A DNA stretch of 64,000 nt from Eledone cirrhosa (taxonomy: Eukaryota). Position numbers and translations under genes: made by a program. The stretch spans positions 212,350,001-212,414,000 of the forward strand of contig OZ024740.1 of the NCBI GenBank assembly GCA_964016885.1, given 5' to 3'. The notes below the pieces were generated by a model, which did not search any database, was not told the DNA's origin, and worked only from the letters and a program-made list of their open reading frames with translations. Positions within the stretch are counted from its first letter, which is position 1. Each line of letters opens with the position of its first letter. This document shows, one piece after another, positions 1 through 11,879 of this stretch.

Positions 1-375
1 AATATATTTCTAGATGTTTGATGTGTTTATTATATATATATATCTAATATATATTTGTGAAATGGGCGGTGGTTGAAATTCAAATGTGCACGGTTAAATG
101 GTAGTAGACGTGGTCGGACTGACATGGAAATTTACACACCTATGTAAAAAGTGCCAAGGAAGCAAATAGACGAGGTTTCAAATCTCTAACTTGAAAAATG
201 TGGTCGCTGGGGCCCCAAAACTATCGCGTTCGGTCAGTTATTTCCCCCTGTTCTAATACTTTTGTCTTATTTACAATTTCATCATCCTTCTACATTTAAC
301 GATCATACAGTACAGTTTTATGAAATCGATTCTGCAGTACGGTCACTGTTTTCCATCAAAAGAAATAAAACCCTC

Positions 376-1097
376 GGCGATACTTGGTTTTAGTGTCCTA
401 AATTATCATCATCGACATTCAATTATTAGCTCCACCCACTACACGATACGCCACGAAGGTAAATGTTTCGAAATAATTTTAAACTGTATATCTCAACAAT
501 ATATTGTTTAAAGAAATTTTTTTTCTGTTGTTAAAAACTGTAAATCTGTTTTAAAAAAAATGTATTTCGCAGCAATTTTTTTTCTGTTAAAAACTGTAAA
601 TAAATATTCATGTAAAAATGAAGCATAGTGTTTCGGTTAAATACATATTTTTAAAACAGATTTACAGTTTTAAACAACAGAAAAAAAATTTCTTTAAACA
701 ATATATTGTTGCGATATACAGTTTAACATTTTTTCGAAACATTTACCTTCGTGACGTATCGTATTTCGCAGCAATTTTTTTTCTGTTAAAACTAAATAAA
801 TATTCATGTAAAAATGAAGCATAGTGTTTCGGTTAAAAACTTAAAAACTGTAAATAAATATTTATTTTGTTCAAAAAATAAATCAAAAATCTAATTTTCT
901 CTGTTAATATTTTAATAAATATCTATTCTAAAAATTTAATGTTTTTTCAAGTAAAAATGAAGCATGTAAGAAAATGAACATATAAAAATCAAGTCGCAGC
1001 AGGAGCTGATGACGTGTCGTGACGTATCGTGTAGTGGGTGGAGCTAATAATTGAATGTCGATGATGATAATTTAGGACACTAAAACCAAGTATCGCC
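376..1097. mobile_element. Non-autonomous TIR DNA transposon (MITE/foldback) with ~75-bp TIRs and 8-bp TSD
   Basis: ggcgatacttggttttagtgtcc... (from 376) is the reverse complement of ...ggacactaaaaccaagtatcgcc (ends 1097). Flanks aaaccctc (368-375) and aaaccctt (1098-1105) match 7/8. A second internal inverted repeat lies at ~450-560 vs ~640-760. Confidence 0.85.
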
Positions 1098-1146
1098 AAA
1101 CCCTTAAATTGCGAAGAAGGGATGCGTGTTTTTATTTTAATTCTAA

Positions 1147-1175
1147 CTAGCATTAAAGCCCGGCGTTGCTCGGGG
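1147..1175 (-). mobile_element. Helitron-type 3' terminus (hairpin + CTAG)
   Basis: Minus strand reads ccccgagcaacgccgggctttaatgctag, nearly identical to the plus-strand motif at 7229-7257. Confidence 0.6.
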
Positions 1176-1445
1176 TCAGTAAGTTACCAAAGTTAGGTTG
1201 CACCACCCATTTTATGGCAGCACTTTTTTGTCTGCCAGGCACTGGGTGAATAAATTGCAGACTTGGACTGCCGAAGCAGGAGCTGCGTCAGCAGTGACAA
1301 TTGTAGTTTCACCTATGGATATTATCTTTGTGCAAAAAAGTGTTGAAATTTATTGTTTCACAGTACTTGCGCAACACGCGCGTAGACGATGCCAGCCGAA
1401 CAACAGAGCTGCGATGGAGCTGTTCTGCATGGTTGTCTAATGTGT

Positions 1446-1627
1446 GTTTTCTAAATTTAAGACAGTAGGGAGGGGTGTGATATGGGGGAGAGTTAGCTGC
1501 TGTTTCTAGCAGGTTTAGTGACCTCATAGAGGATATGTTTTCTAAATTTAAGAAAGTAGGGAGTGGTGTGATATGGGGGAGAGTTAGCTGCTGTTTCTAG
1601 CAGGTTTAGTGACCTCATTGAGGATAT
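1446..1627. repeat. Tandem duplication of ~91 bp
   Basis: gttttctaaatttaaga...gggggagagttagctgctgtttctagcaggtttagtgacctcat.gaggatat occurs twice, at 1446 and 1537. Confidence 0.85.
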
Positions 1628-2082
1628 TATTGTGTATAGTAAATGAACTGATACTCTTTCTTCCACGTTCGTTGATAGATGTTTTAAAAAAGATTTATCG
1701 GTATTTTTTTGTTGTTGTTGAATAAATTTATCTGTTGCTTTTGAATAATTGTTGTTTCGTATGAAACAAAAATTATTGTTTGTAAGTTTAATCGTATATC
1801 AGAGAAAGTTGCAGCATGTATGTAGTTATATCGAATTTTAAGGGGAGTAGAGAGAGGTAATCAGATTCTATTATAGGGGGAAAGCGTCATGTATTTAGTT
1901 TTATCGATTATTTCCGTAATTGTTGGTGAATTTGAATGAAATAAATAGTCGTTGACCTAAGTTAGACCATTTACAACATTCTTACAGACTTTGAGTTGAA
2001 TTGGTTTGAAATTGTGCAAATGTATAAACATGGAACATGCACACACACACACACACAACAACAACAATCTGCCTTTTATAAA

Positions 2083-2192
2083 TAATTGTTTCTACTTTTG
2101 GCACAAGGCCAGCAATTATCCCAATGTATTACTGGTACTTTATTTTATCGACCCCGTAAGGATGAAAGGCAAAGTTGACCTCGGCGGGATTT
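2083..2192 (-). mobile_element. tRNA-derived SINE, 3' part
   Basis: ctggtactttattttatcgaccccgtaaggatgaaaggcaaagttgacctcggcggg matches the full copy at 17574-17760 in the opposite orientation. Confidence 0.8.
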
Positions 2193-2420
2193 TATAGATA
2201 ATGATACATGTTAACCACCACTAACAGTAAGAAATATTTTTCAAATTGCATATCATCGACATTGCTATTTCGCTGTTAATAAATAACGCTTTTCACGTCG
2301 CTCCACTTCTCATTGTACGCCGTCCAGCCCCAAGTGCATATTTCTATTTTTTTTCCTGAAACTGCTTCTTTATAATAAACTTTCAATAATATTTTTCAAA
2401 TTATTAATTTAATAAAAAGT

Positions 2421-2451
2421 GGCCCCAGGTGCAACCGGGCTCAGCTGCTAG
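2421..2451 (+). mobile_element. Degenerate Helitron-type 3' terminus
   Basis: ggccccaggtgcaaccgggctcagctgctag followed by T resembles the 7229-7257 motif. Confidence 0.4.
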
Positions 2452-2549
2452 TATATATATATATATGTCAATCGATTTTAAACTGTAAACAATGATAGCT
2501 GACGCTATTAACGCAGGATCTCTAGCTAATATTATTGTGAATAATAATT

Positions 2550-2717
2550 GTGTCTGCTTTTGGCACAAGCCAACAATTACCCCAACTGGTACCTTATTTT
2601 ATCGACCGCGTAAGGCTGAAAGGCAAAGTTAACCTCGGCAGGATTTGAACTCAGAACGTAAAGGGCCATAACTCTATGCCGCAAAACATTGTGTTTGATG
2701 CTCTACCTATACTGTTA
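2550..2717 (-). mobile_element. tRNA-derived SINE
   Basis: Same family as 17574-17760; includes the reverse-complement B box (ggatttgaactc). Confidence 0.8.
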
Positions 2718-2726
2718 ATGTGAACA

Positions 2727-2905
2727 ATAATTGTTTCTACTTTTGGCACAAGACCATCAATTATTATTGGTACTTTATTTTATGGACCCCGTAAGGATGA
2801 AAGGCAAAGTTAACCTCGGTGGGATTTGAGCTCAAACCGTAAAGGGCCGTAACTATGCTGCAAAGCATGTTGTTCGATGCTCTACCGATACTGTCAATCC
2901 ACCGG
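2727..2905 (-). mobile_element. tRNA-derived SINE (adjacent second copy)
   Basis: Same family; ends in ...ctaccgatactgtcaatccacc, the reverse complement of the A-box head. Confidence 0.8.
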
Positions 2906-5379
2906 CAACGAGATCCATATCATATTTACCAATTTCTTTTGCAATTAATGCTGTGCGACGTACATTCGTACACTCCAACAAACAAACTTCATACTGACCC
3001 TAGGTTTCTTTTTCGGTTGATTGTGTCACAGTAGCAAGATGACGACTGGGCCCAGGCTGAGGTATCCTAGAGCACCTGCCGAGCTAGCCGTGTTCACCAG
3101 AAGATCCCAAGCCCTTTCTGCCATTTACTGACTTTATGTGAGACATTTCAATTACAGTTATGGTTACTGCCAACCCCTCAATACGATCTTAAATAACGAG
3201 GAAAGTGTACAAGTACGTGTGCGAGATATTATTTTGAAAGTGAATGTAGCTACCTCCATCTTTTGGTGCATGAAGTTGCTATTCAGTGTGTCAAATAGTA
3301 TGACAACACTGAATACTTAGTTCCTACTAATCATTATATATATATATGTATATATAAGTCAACTTTCCTTTCATCCTTTCGAAGTTGATTCTTCCTCTAT
3401 ATCTATTCTCTCTCTTCTTCTGTGAAAAAATTCGACTGCCCCTTTCATCCATTTGAGGTCGACAAAAAGAAGTACTAATTCAGTACTGGTTTTAATTCTT
3501 CCTCTGTATCCCTTTCTCACTTCTTCACTCATATCTTTTTTTCTTTGGGAGAAATCTATTGTATTCCGTCTTGGTGAGAGAATGGGTTCTACCATCATCT
3601 CATTACAAAGAAGGTAAATACCATATTTTAAATCATTGCACACACGATTATATCACAACTTAAGTTTTGTTTTCATTACATTGTCAATGATAGATTTGCA
3701 GCAGGCTGTTGACTTAATAAATATATTTTAGTAGCGACCATGTTTTACTTGTTCATTCCTTGGCATTTTCTCCACAACGCTTATATATGGGACACATTTT
3801 ACCTTCTTTATAATGACCCAGCAAGCCAACAACTTTACTATAAACTCTGCCACAAGGAACAACAACGAACTGAAGCCTATTCATCCCATCACTATATTTC
3901 TATTTGTTACATTGGTGACCCTGACTTTTCCAACAGCCTTCTGATGTATTTGCTAATGTTGCATACAACCTCACCACATTTCACTTCGAATATTTGTTGA
4001 CAGTCTCAACAAATATGTCTTTTAAAAACAAAAAGAATACAAGACAAGGAGTATAAGAACCCAATCTTCTTTGACGAACAGACTTTCAAACAGTAAAAAA
4101 AATTACAAATATACTCTGAACTCATGTTCTTTCCCCACAACTTATTGGCATCATTACAACAAAAATTCCGACCAATGGCTGCGACAGCAGGCTCATTAAA
4201 AAAAGCGCAAACGTGGTATTATTCTATCTCGTATATACTTGCTAATTGTGCCTATATCAGATTTTGATGGACGTATTAATCGTAGCGTCGGTTTCGAAGT
4301 TGCATTTATGATCCTTCAGATTAAAAGTGGGTTTACGAGGGGTTAGAGGTTCGGTTCTATCAGATATTTTAAGTTTTTTTACTATGTTACGTCTTTCCTT
4401 GTTAATGTTATTGAGTGTAGACTCTGTAGTTTTCTTGTATTTTTTATGTAATTCTCGACATATAAAGTTGTTGTATGAATTAAGGCTCGTGGTGTTTTGT
4501 CTGCCTTTACTATAATACCGTTGGTGTTACGCAATTGTTTTAGTAGTGCATTGATGTTATTTTGTAGCTTGTTATGATGTGTTAGTTTTTTTAATTTAGT
4601 TTCTTTTCTTTCACTTTCTATCTTTCTATTTCTCTCCCTAAATTTATTTCATCTCTTGCATTTTATCTTATTTTATCTTATATTATTTTCACTTCTAATA
4701 GAACTTGCAATTAATTAATCAAATAATAAATTAATTATTTAATTAATTTATTAAAATAACCAATGCACACATAAATATATTTAACATTTTCATGTTTATA
4801 CCTTCGTATCTCTATATTTTAACCACCAACACCACAGCTACACTCAATCATTTTACTATATTTACTACTGTTCTTCGCACATATAAACATTTTTTATTTA
4901 TTTATTTTCATATTTTGTATTGTGTTGTATCATCCTCGATGTAAATTGTTTATTAGCACTTATTTATTAGCATTTATTCATTTATTGTTATCATTATTTT
5001 CGCTTTATTTTTATTTACCTTTATTTCTTCTCTATCCTTTTCTCTCCACTTTCTCTCCTCTTCTCTCTCAGTCTTTTTTTCTCTATATCTTTCTCTGTCT
5101 TCCTTTCTCCTTTTTCTTTTTTCTTTCTTTCTTCTCTCTATCTCTCTTTCTTTTTTGTTTTTCTATCTTTATTATTAATATTATTAATGATGCTGTAATT
5201 TGAATTCTGAACATATAACAGTTATCTCCGATGATCTGGTTAAGCTAACAACGTATTTAAAATTGAGTGATACTGCTTCAAGTGTTCAGCAATTTCTAGA
5301 TAACTTAATCAGTCAAACAATTGTCAGACTGTAAATAAAACCCTTTTTGTACTATTGACCATGTTATTCTTCATTTTTT

Positions 5380-5413
<34 letters not shown>

Positions 5414-5417
<4 letters not shown>

Positions 5418-5705
5418 AAAAAGATGAAATCAAAAATGCAACTGGAGTCTTATTTTAAAAAAATATATATATATTTATTTGGTTCCTTTACCGGTTTCGC
5501 AGTTCTTCTGCTTTTCAAAAGTAGAGTTGAGATGGAGGGTCTGTGGTTTTTCTCACATCAGATGTGAGAAAAACCACAGACCCTCCATCTCAACTCTACT
5601 TTTGAAAAGCAGAAGAACTGCGAAACCGGTAAAGGAACCAAATAAATATATATATATTTTTTTAAATAAGACTCCAGTTGCATTTTCGATTTCATCTTTT
5701 TTTCT
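5414..5705. repeat. Near-perfect palindrome, ~145-bp arms, 1-nt centre at 5560
   Basis: ...ggtttttctcacatc-a-gatgtgagaaaaacc...; the arms pair out to agaaaaaaagatg / catcttttttttct with about two differences. Confidence 0.95.
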
Positions 5706-5817
5706 TTATACTTTCACTCGTGTAGGACACCTCGGTTATTTTTCATTTTGTAAAAAATCCCTCACTTTCTAATATAAATATAAATTGTTCCGATGCATCA
5801 CTGATTCTTCGTTTTCC

Positions 5818-5864
<47 letters not shown>

Positions 5865-6111
5865 ATAATAATAAAATTGAAGACTAAAATCCAAAGAGGG
5901 CTCGATAAGGAAAATATATATCAAATATATAAGAACCGAAGAGCAAATATTTATTAAGATAACAGATTAAAGTTTAAGCAAAGAATCGCTGCTTTCACCC
6001 TTAACGGGATCTTCTGAAACTAACAAAGTCAATCTGTAAACGCAGAACTGGATATTTCAAAAAACGTTGCAACCGGAGGAAGACAGGAAGACGATACTTT
6101 GGTTCATGGTG

Positions 6112-6372
6112 ACGTTCGCTGGCAAAGAACGGGAAAAAACGAATAATACGTCATTAATAGGAGCGGTGAAAAACAATTACGCGCAAAGACAGAACCACGT
6201 TTATGGTATAAAAGAGGTCGTAGACTAATGTTCTCTAAGTGGTGCATAGAGACGTTCTCTGGCAATGAACGAAAAAACGAAGATAATAAGTCATATGTGG
6301 AGCGTGGAGAACAATAGCACGCAAAGACAGAACCACGTAAATGGTATAGCAGAAGTTGTAGACTAAAATTCT
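6112..6372. repeat. Diverged tandem duplication, ~140-bp period
   Basis: gacgttc.ctggcaa.gaacg...cgcaaagacagaaccacgt..atggtata...gtagactaa occurs twice. Confidence 0.7.
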
Positions 6373-7228
6373 AACTAGGAGACCGAATGAATCTCCGCTA
6401 CAGAGTTAAGAACAAAGTAAATAAATACAATACAGAAGTAATAGAAACAAATAAATACATACACGCAAACAGATACGTACATACACAAGCATACGCAAAA
6501 CCTTACCATAGGTATACAAAACCACGCACATATAAATATGTGTATGTGTGTATGCTTGTGTACAAATAAATAAATAATTATATAAACGTATATAAGTAAA
6601 TAAATACGTATATAACAAGCGCACACACATACCTACAAATAAATACATGAAGATTCGGGGACGTAAGTCAACTAAAACAAGAAGTACACATATACACACA
6701 CCCACCATACGTACGAACCTGCATACTCACGCAGACGCAAAACTCCCATATACACATAACCAAACCCTAAATACCAGAATATGTAAAAATTATACGCCAT
6801 AACAGTCAAATATACGTACGAGAAGGTATACATACCTTCACAAAACATACGGGTAATATATACTTACCTATGCAAATAAGTAAAGGAATAAACAAAACAT
6901 ATACAAAACAGCACTGTACTGCCTTTGTATGCTACAACGCTTTAAAAGTTCGGCGAGTTCATTACTTCGTAAGTTATTGATATTTATTTTTTTATTACGA
7001 CGGTTAGCAAACTTTCCCTATTAAACGTTTAAATTAATTTTACGGTCTTATAAGGCTGAATTTACTTTAATTCGGGTTATCGTTATGTTTTCTTAACTTC
7101 ATAAGGCATATTGTTGGTTGAGGGAATATTAATCAAAAACACCACATGCAAGTCTGCACAGTAGACACTACAGTTTTTAAGCCAAAAAAGAAACTTAACA
7201 TTGTAACTTTAACACAGCTACTGAGCGA

Positions 7229-7257
7229 CCCCGAGCAACGCCGGGCTTTACTGCTAG
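7229..7257 (+). mobile_element. Helitron-type 3' terminus (hairpin + CTAG)
   Basis: ccccgagcaacgccggg hairpin, then about 8 nt, then CTAG followed by T. Confidence 0.65.
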
Positions 7258-7486
7258 TATATGATATTAGTAAGATATATGCATGTGTATGCGCGAATGT
7301 TTGTCTGCGTGTGCATGTATATAAGTTTATGTAATGAAAGATGCGTGCGAATATGTATATAATAAAACGGGGAAAATATGTGTGCGATATATGTATGTGT
7401 GTGTCTAAGTGTGTGCCTAGTAAGGACATAGATTTAATTTGAAAGAAAGAATGAAACTGGCCGCTGGGATGTTGGAATACAGGCTT

Positions 7487-8290
7487 TTATATTAGCCATT
7501 CTGGTGAATTTCTTTCCATTTGATTATTGATCCTAGGTTTTAATTGCTTGATTAAGAGGGCTTCCTTATTTGTCAACGTGCTTATACTGCGTTCGGTAGC
7601 TAAGATTGTGGTAGTAATGTTGTCCAGAGTGAGCTACTTTGATATTGATGCCATCTCTTCTTATGGTTTTTACATATGGCGTTGGTGGTTTCCTAGCTGA
7701 GATGTGGGAGCTTGAAGAAGCAACTGTTGTTTGTGTTGGTCCGGTCTCTAGGTCTGGGATTTCATCGTGGGCTGGAGAAGGAAGCTGGGTAGCCGTTAAA
7801 CTAGTACCTTGTGGAATCGTCTGATATGGGTGGCTCTATTAGCAGCATCACTACATCGGTTGCGTATGCAAGTCATTTCGTTGAAGATGTACCCTCTTTT
7901 AGAGCTGTTGGTGAGGGCAGATTTGTAATGAACAAACATGTCCCTGCTGGCAGCTTTGAGGTAGAAATCGGTGTGGATTTCACCGCTGTCAGAGATGTTC
8001 AGTCTGAAATCAAGTAGAGCGAGGGACCCGGAGTCGGTAGGATGTTCGATGGTGAACTTAATGTTATTGTCAGTATTGTTGAAAGATTCGAAAATCTTGT
8101 CATTCTCCTTGTTGGATGTGAGGATGAGTATATCATCCACATATCTAGTGAAGAAAGCGCAGGTGTCGCAGGAGCTGAATACTCGGCGTTCAAGCCTGTT
8201 CATATATGAAATAGCCAGTAAACCTGAGAGGCTGGATCCCATGAGTAGTCCAGAGGTCTGTCGGTAGATTTGTCTCACTGCAAGAGAACA
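7487..8290 (-). mobile_element. Penelope-like retroelement fragment (RT + GIY-YIG C-terminus), degraded
   Basis: ORF 7796..8518(-) has YRQTSGLLMGSSLSG, FFTRYVDDILIL, IKFTIEHP and LLDFRL. The downstream minus-strand translation ...ILATERS...KEALLIKQLKPRINNQ is a typical GIY-YIG end. Confidence 0.85.
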
Positions 8291-8469
8291 GATCGCGGGT
8301 GGCGGATAGCGATACAGCCACCAGATATGATGGCTAGTTTCGACATAAGCGGGCAACTGCCAGACGAATAAGCAACCTCGGACCAGCAGCGGTAAACTAA
8401 TTGAGGAGATGGAGCAATGGGTGACAACTGCGGCTCCCAAGAAAAATCGAATCCTGAGACCCCATAAAG

Positions 8470-8620
8470 GGAGCAAACCGTAATAGTTGGAACCTGGAAC
8501 ATCACAACCTTTACACATAAGGAGCAGGAACTAGTGGATGAGGCTAGATGCTACCGGCTAGATATAGTAAGGGTTTCCTCAACAAAGTTCCGTGACTCTG
8601 ACACTGTAGATTTCGATGAA
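8470..8620 (+). mobile_element. RTE-clade LINE endonuclease N-terminal fragment
   Basis: Manual translation VIVGTWNITTFTHKEQELVDEARCYRLDIVRVSST resembles the AP-endonuclease start (TWNV...LDIVG). Confidence 0.6.
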
Positions 8621-8949
8621 ACACTCTAAGTCCAGAGCTCATTACCATCCCCGCCTCTCACTTTCTTCTACGGCCTTAGTGTCCTTGCTTCCCCCCTCCT
8701 TTTCCTCTGATGTATGGCTTTCATAGTCCTTTCCTCTATTTTCCCATAGAGCCAGATGTGCCCTTCCTTACCCCTAACAGAAAGGTATACCGTCTATTTG
8801 ATCGTAAGTTTAAAAAGTTAGATCGATATAATGTATGACAGTTTAATCTTTGTTGACAGAACCATACAATTACAACTAAAACGACATGCTGTTTTGTTGA
8901 TGTGATTACAGTATGTAATGGAGATTAGAAATAGTTAAATTTATCATTT

Positions 8950-11600
8950 TTTTGTTGGTAATTCTCTTCGTTATAGAATAGCCAATGGTCGATTTGGTTT
9001 ACCTTCAATAACATAGGTCGGGTCCAAAGCTTCAAGTATCTCTAAATTTGTAAACATATCACATGATATGAAGTATTGCATCATTTGTTTGAAAGGCACA
9101 CATACAAACTCAATATTTTTACTTGAACTTCTTGTAACTCCTTTTGTGAAATGGTGGTAGAGTTTTCTCTGAAAATACTTTCTGCAATGGCATCATGATA
9201 GATGTTTTCTATTTTAAGGTATGTAGAAGGATCGTTGACATTTACTTTACTGACATTAGTTTCAATAACTCTCTTTTGATGAAGTTACTGAAAATAGCTT
9301 TCATTTCGGTGTTAATAGACTTTTGTAATTTATGAATTCTATGTTTCTGCCTAAAACTCCAAATTGAGCTTATCAATGTCCGGTAACATATTAGCCAGAA
9401 AAGCAAAATACAGTTTTGTCATGGGGCTTTATAATTCCATTGGTATTTTGGAAGTCATCATGCAGATACCATCTTCTAATGCTGCCATTGCGGAATATAA
9501 CAAAAGATCTGGCCACTGTTCCAAAATTCAAAGAAAGCCATCTTGTGCAGTTAATATGAAATATTTTGCGAGGACTGATATTTGTAATTTTTCAAAATTC
9601 CTTATTTTAACTTTATCATAGCTATGATTAGCTTTCTATTTAAGACAGACACCATAGCTTGAAGTCCACTAACTCATTTTTTATTTTCTTTGTTTTCTTT
9701 CGTGCTGTTTGTTTTATCATACAAACATTATACCAGCAGAAAGATTTATTTTTTATTTGCACGATCCAACATTTTAAAATGGTACTCTGAATTAAGTCGC
9801 GCAAAACCATTTTGATGGTTTGAGAGCTGATGAAGGTGAAGATATGTGTGTGTGAACTTGACTCGTACATTGCCTTTCTTTATTTCTTTCTTCCAGTCAC
9901 ATTTGTGCGCCAACACACTTCTCCTTTTCCTCTTCCTTTTTCAATCTTTTCTATATTTCATCTGGCTGTCACGCGCCTTGTGTACTGTCTCTCTGTTGAC
10001 CACTGGTCGCTGGTCTCTGTCCTGTCATGCATTTTCCCCCAAAGCTGTCTGATAGCATTCAGTTGTTTTGACGGCTGTTCTATATGTTCTATATGTATTC
10101 AAATACACTCTTGCTTCATCTCAATCAGATACAACGTAGTTTTAAAATTCGTTATATTTAGCTGGGCACTTTGGATTGTCACTCAGGTACAAAAAAATAT
10201 TTCTTGCTAATTCATCTAAAAAATAAGGTTTTAGAAGCGCACGGATGTAAGGAGTGGCAAACACAAGGGTGTTTAAATTTATTCGGATTTTTCTGCTTCA
10301 ATATACGAGGTGGGTCAGAAAAGTTCCAGGACTGATGTCACAAAAGATTTATTTCAAACCCAAACTTCACACTAAGAGTTTTCTCCTTCAAAGTAATCCC
10401 CCTGGAGTATGTAACTGTAATCTTAGCTCTCTGCAGCGATCAAACTTTTTTCTACATAATTTTATATACATGTCCTCTGTTTCAGGTCGTCAAGCAATGA
10501 GCACAGAGCAACGAACAAACTTGAAAACTCCGTCAAAAGCACTGGGATTGCTGCAGCAAGTGTATGGAGATGAGAGGATATCATGCTCACGTGTTTTTGA
10601 GTGGTGTAAGAGGTTTAAAGAAGGACGCGAGGACGTGGAAGATGACACCAGGAGCGGAAGGCCCTCAACAACCAGGACTGAAGTCAACGTTGAGCGCGTC
10701 AGGCAGATGGTGCGTAGCGATCGTCGGCTGACTGTTCGACTGATGGCAAATGAGCTGGGCATGATTGGCATAGCGTCTGGAAGATTCTCACTGAAGATTT
10801 GGACATGCGGAAAGTCTGCGCGAAGATGGGGCCAAGACTGCTGAACGAAGGCCAGAAGGGTCGACACATGCAAGTGTGCCAGGACATCCTCGAGCATCTT
10901 GAAATCGAACCAGACTTGCTAGGGACAGTCATCACCGGTGATGAGTCATGGATCTTCGAGTACGACCCGGAGGGGACCCGTTTTGAAGACGTGGACGACA
11001 TCAAAAAGGCCGTGACGACGGAACTGCGGAGATTCCGGAAGAATCCTTCCAGGAGTGCATGCAAGCGTGGCAGAAAAGGATGGAAAGTTGCATTAGATTC
11101 CAGGGTGATTACTTTGAAGGAGAAAACTCTTAGTGTGAAGTTTGGGTTTGAAATAAATCTTTTGTGACCACAGTCCTGGAACTTTTCTGACACACCTCGT
11201 ATGTTGAACCCCCTCCCTCGATTCCCACCATAACACTGGTATTACCACTGGCAAACCCAATTAAGTTTTTAAGAGAGATATTATTTTCAATGAAAATTAA
11301 TTGTAGACAATTGTAAATGCCAAATGAACCGCAGTCTTTAATTTCCAGAAGTGTCAAAAATTGTTCAGTTTTTTGCATTTCAGAGTTGTAATATCTCACT
11401 ACTAGAACAAGTTTCTTGTTGGTAGAAATGTCCGTTGTTTCATCTACAATAAAGGAGAACTCTGCTGAATTTAGCTTAGACATTAAATCATTGAAAGCAT
11501 GGGGACCAATCACATTTGAAAAAAAATGCAAGTTTCTTTAGTTTTTGCGCACTTGGTGTCTTTGATGATTTTTGAATCAGAGCACACATTTGTAATGCAT
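8950..11600 (-). mobile_element. Degraded hAT transposase, interrupted by a mariner element
   Basis: FSFIVDETTDISTNKKLVLVVRYY...LIGFASGNTSVMVG in ORF 11130..11531(-). It resumes left of 10304 with HPCVCHSLH (CxxH), and TRWLSL appears near 9540. Confidence 0.8.
10306..11199 (+). mobile_element. Internally deleted mariner (Tc1/mariner) element with TIRs and TA TSD
   Basis: TA-cgaggtgggtcagaaaagttccaggactg ... cagtcctggaacttttctgacacacctcg-TA. Motifs WCKRFKEGREDVEDDTRSGRP and ITGDESWIFEYDPE are fused directly to C-terminal GTRFEDVDDIKKAV. Confidence 0.92.
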
Positions 11601-11879
11601 GCATGGTCCCGTAACTCCCGGAGAAGTCGTAGAAGCGCAGTATTGTCATATGATGTTTCTATGGCATTTTAAAATCTGGTGGAGTCCAATCCTCTCCAGG
11701 TCTGAATACAGCAGATTTCTTCCAGAGAAGAATTTGAGAGTGACAAAATGGAAGTGAGAAAGATATATAGAGGCAGAATCGACCCCAGTACTTGACTGGT
11801 ACCTTTTTATCGACTTCAAATGGATAAAAGACTAAATTGACCGTATCGGAATTTGAACACAGAGAACAAGAAACATTTC

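Noticed and set aside
3371-4020. Possible TE-derived coding remnant
   Set aside because: No diagnostic motif could be identified.
5981-6022. Hammerhead-like motif on the minus strand (cagaaga-tcccgttaagggt-gaaa)
   Set aside because: Core is mutated and there is no NUH site or helix I; at most a decayed remnant.
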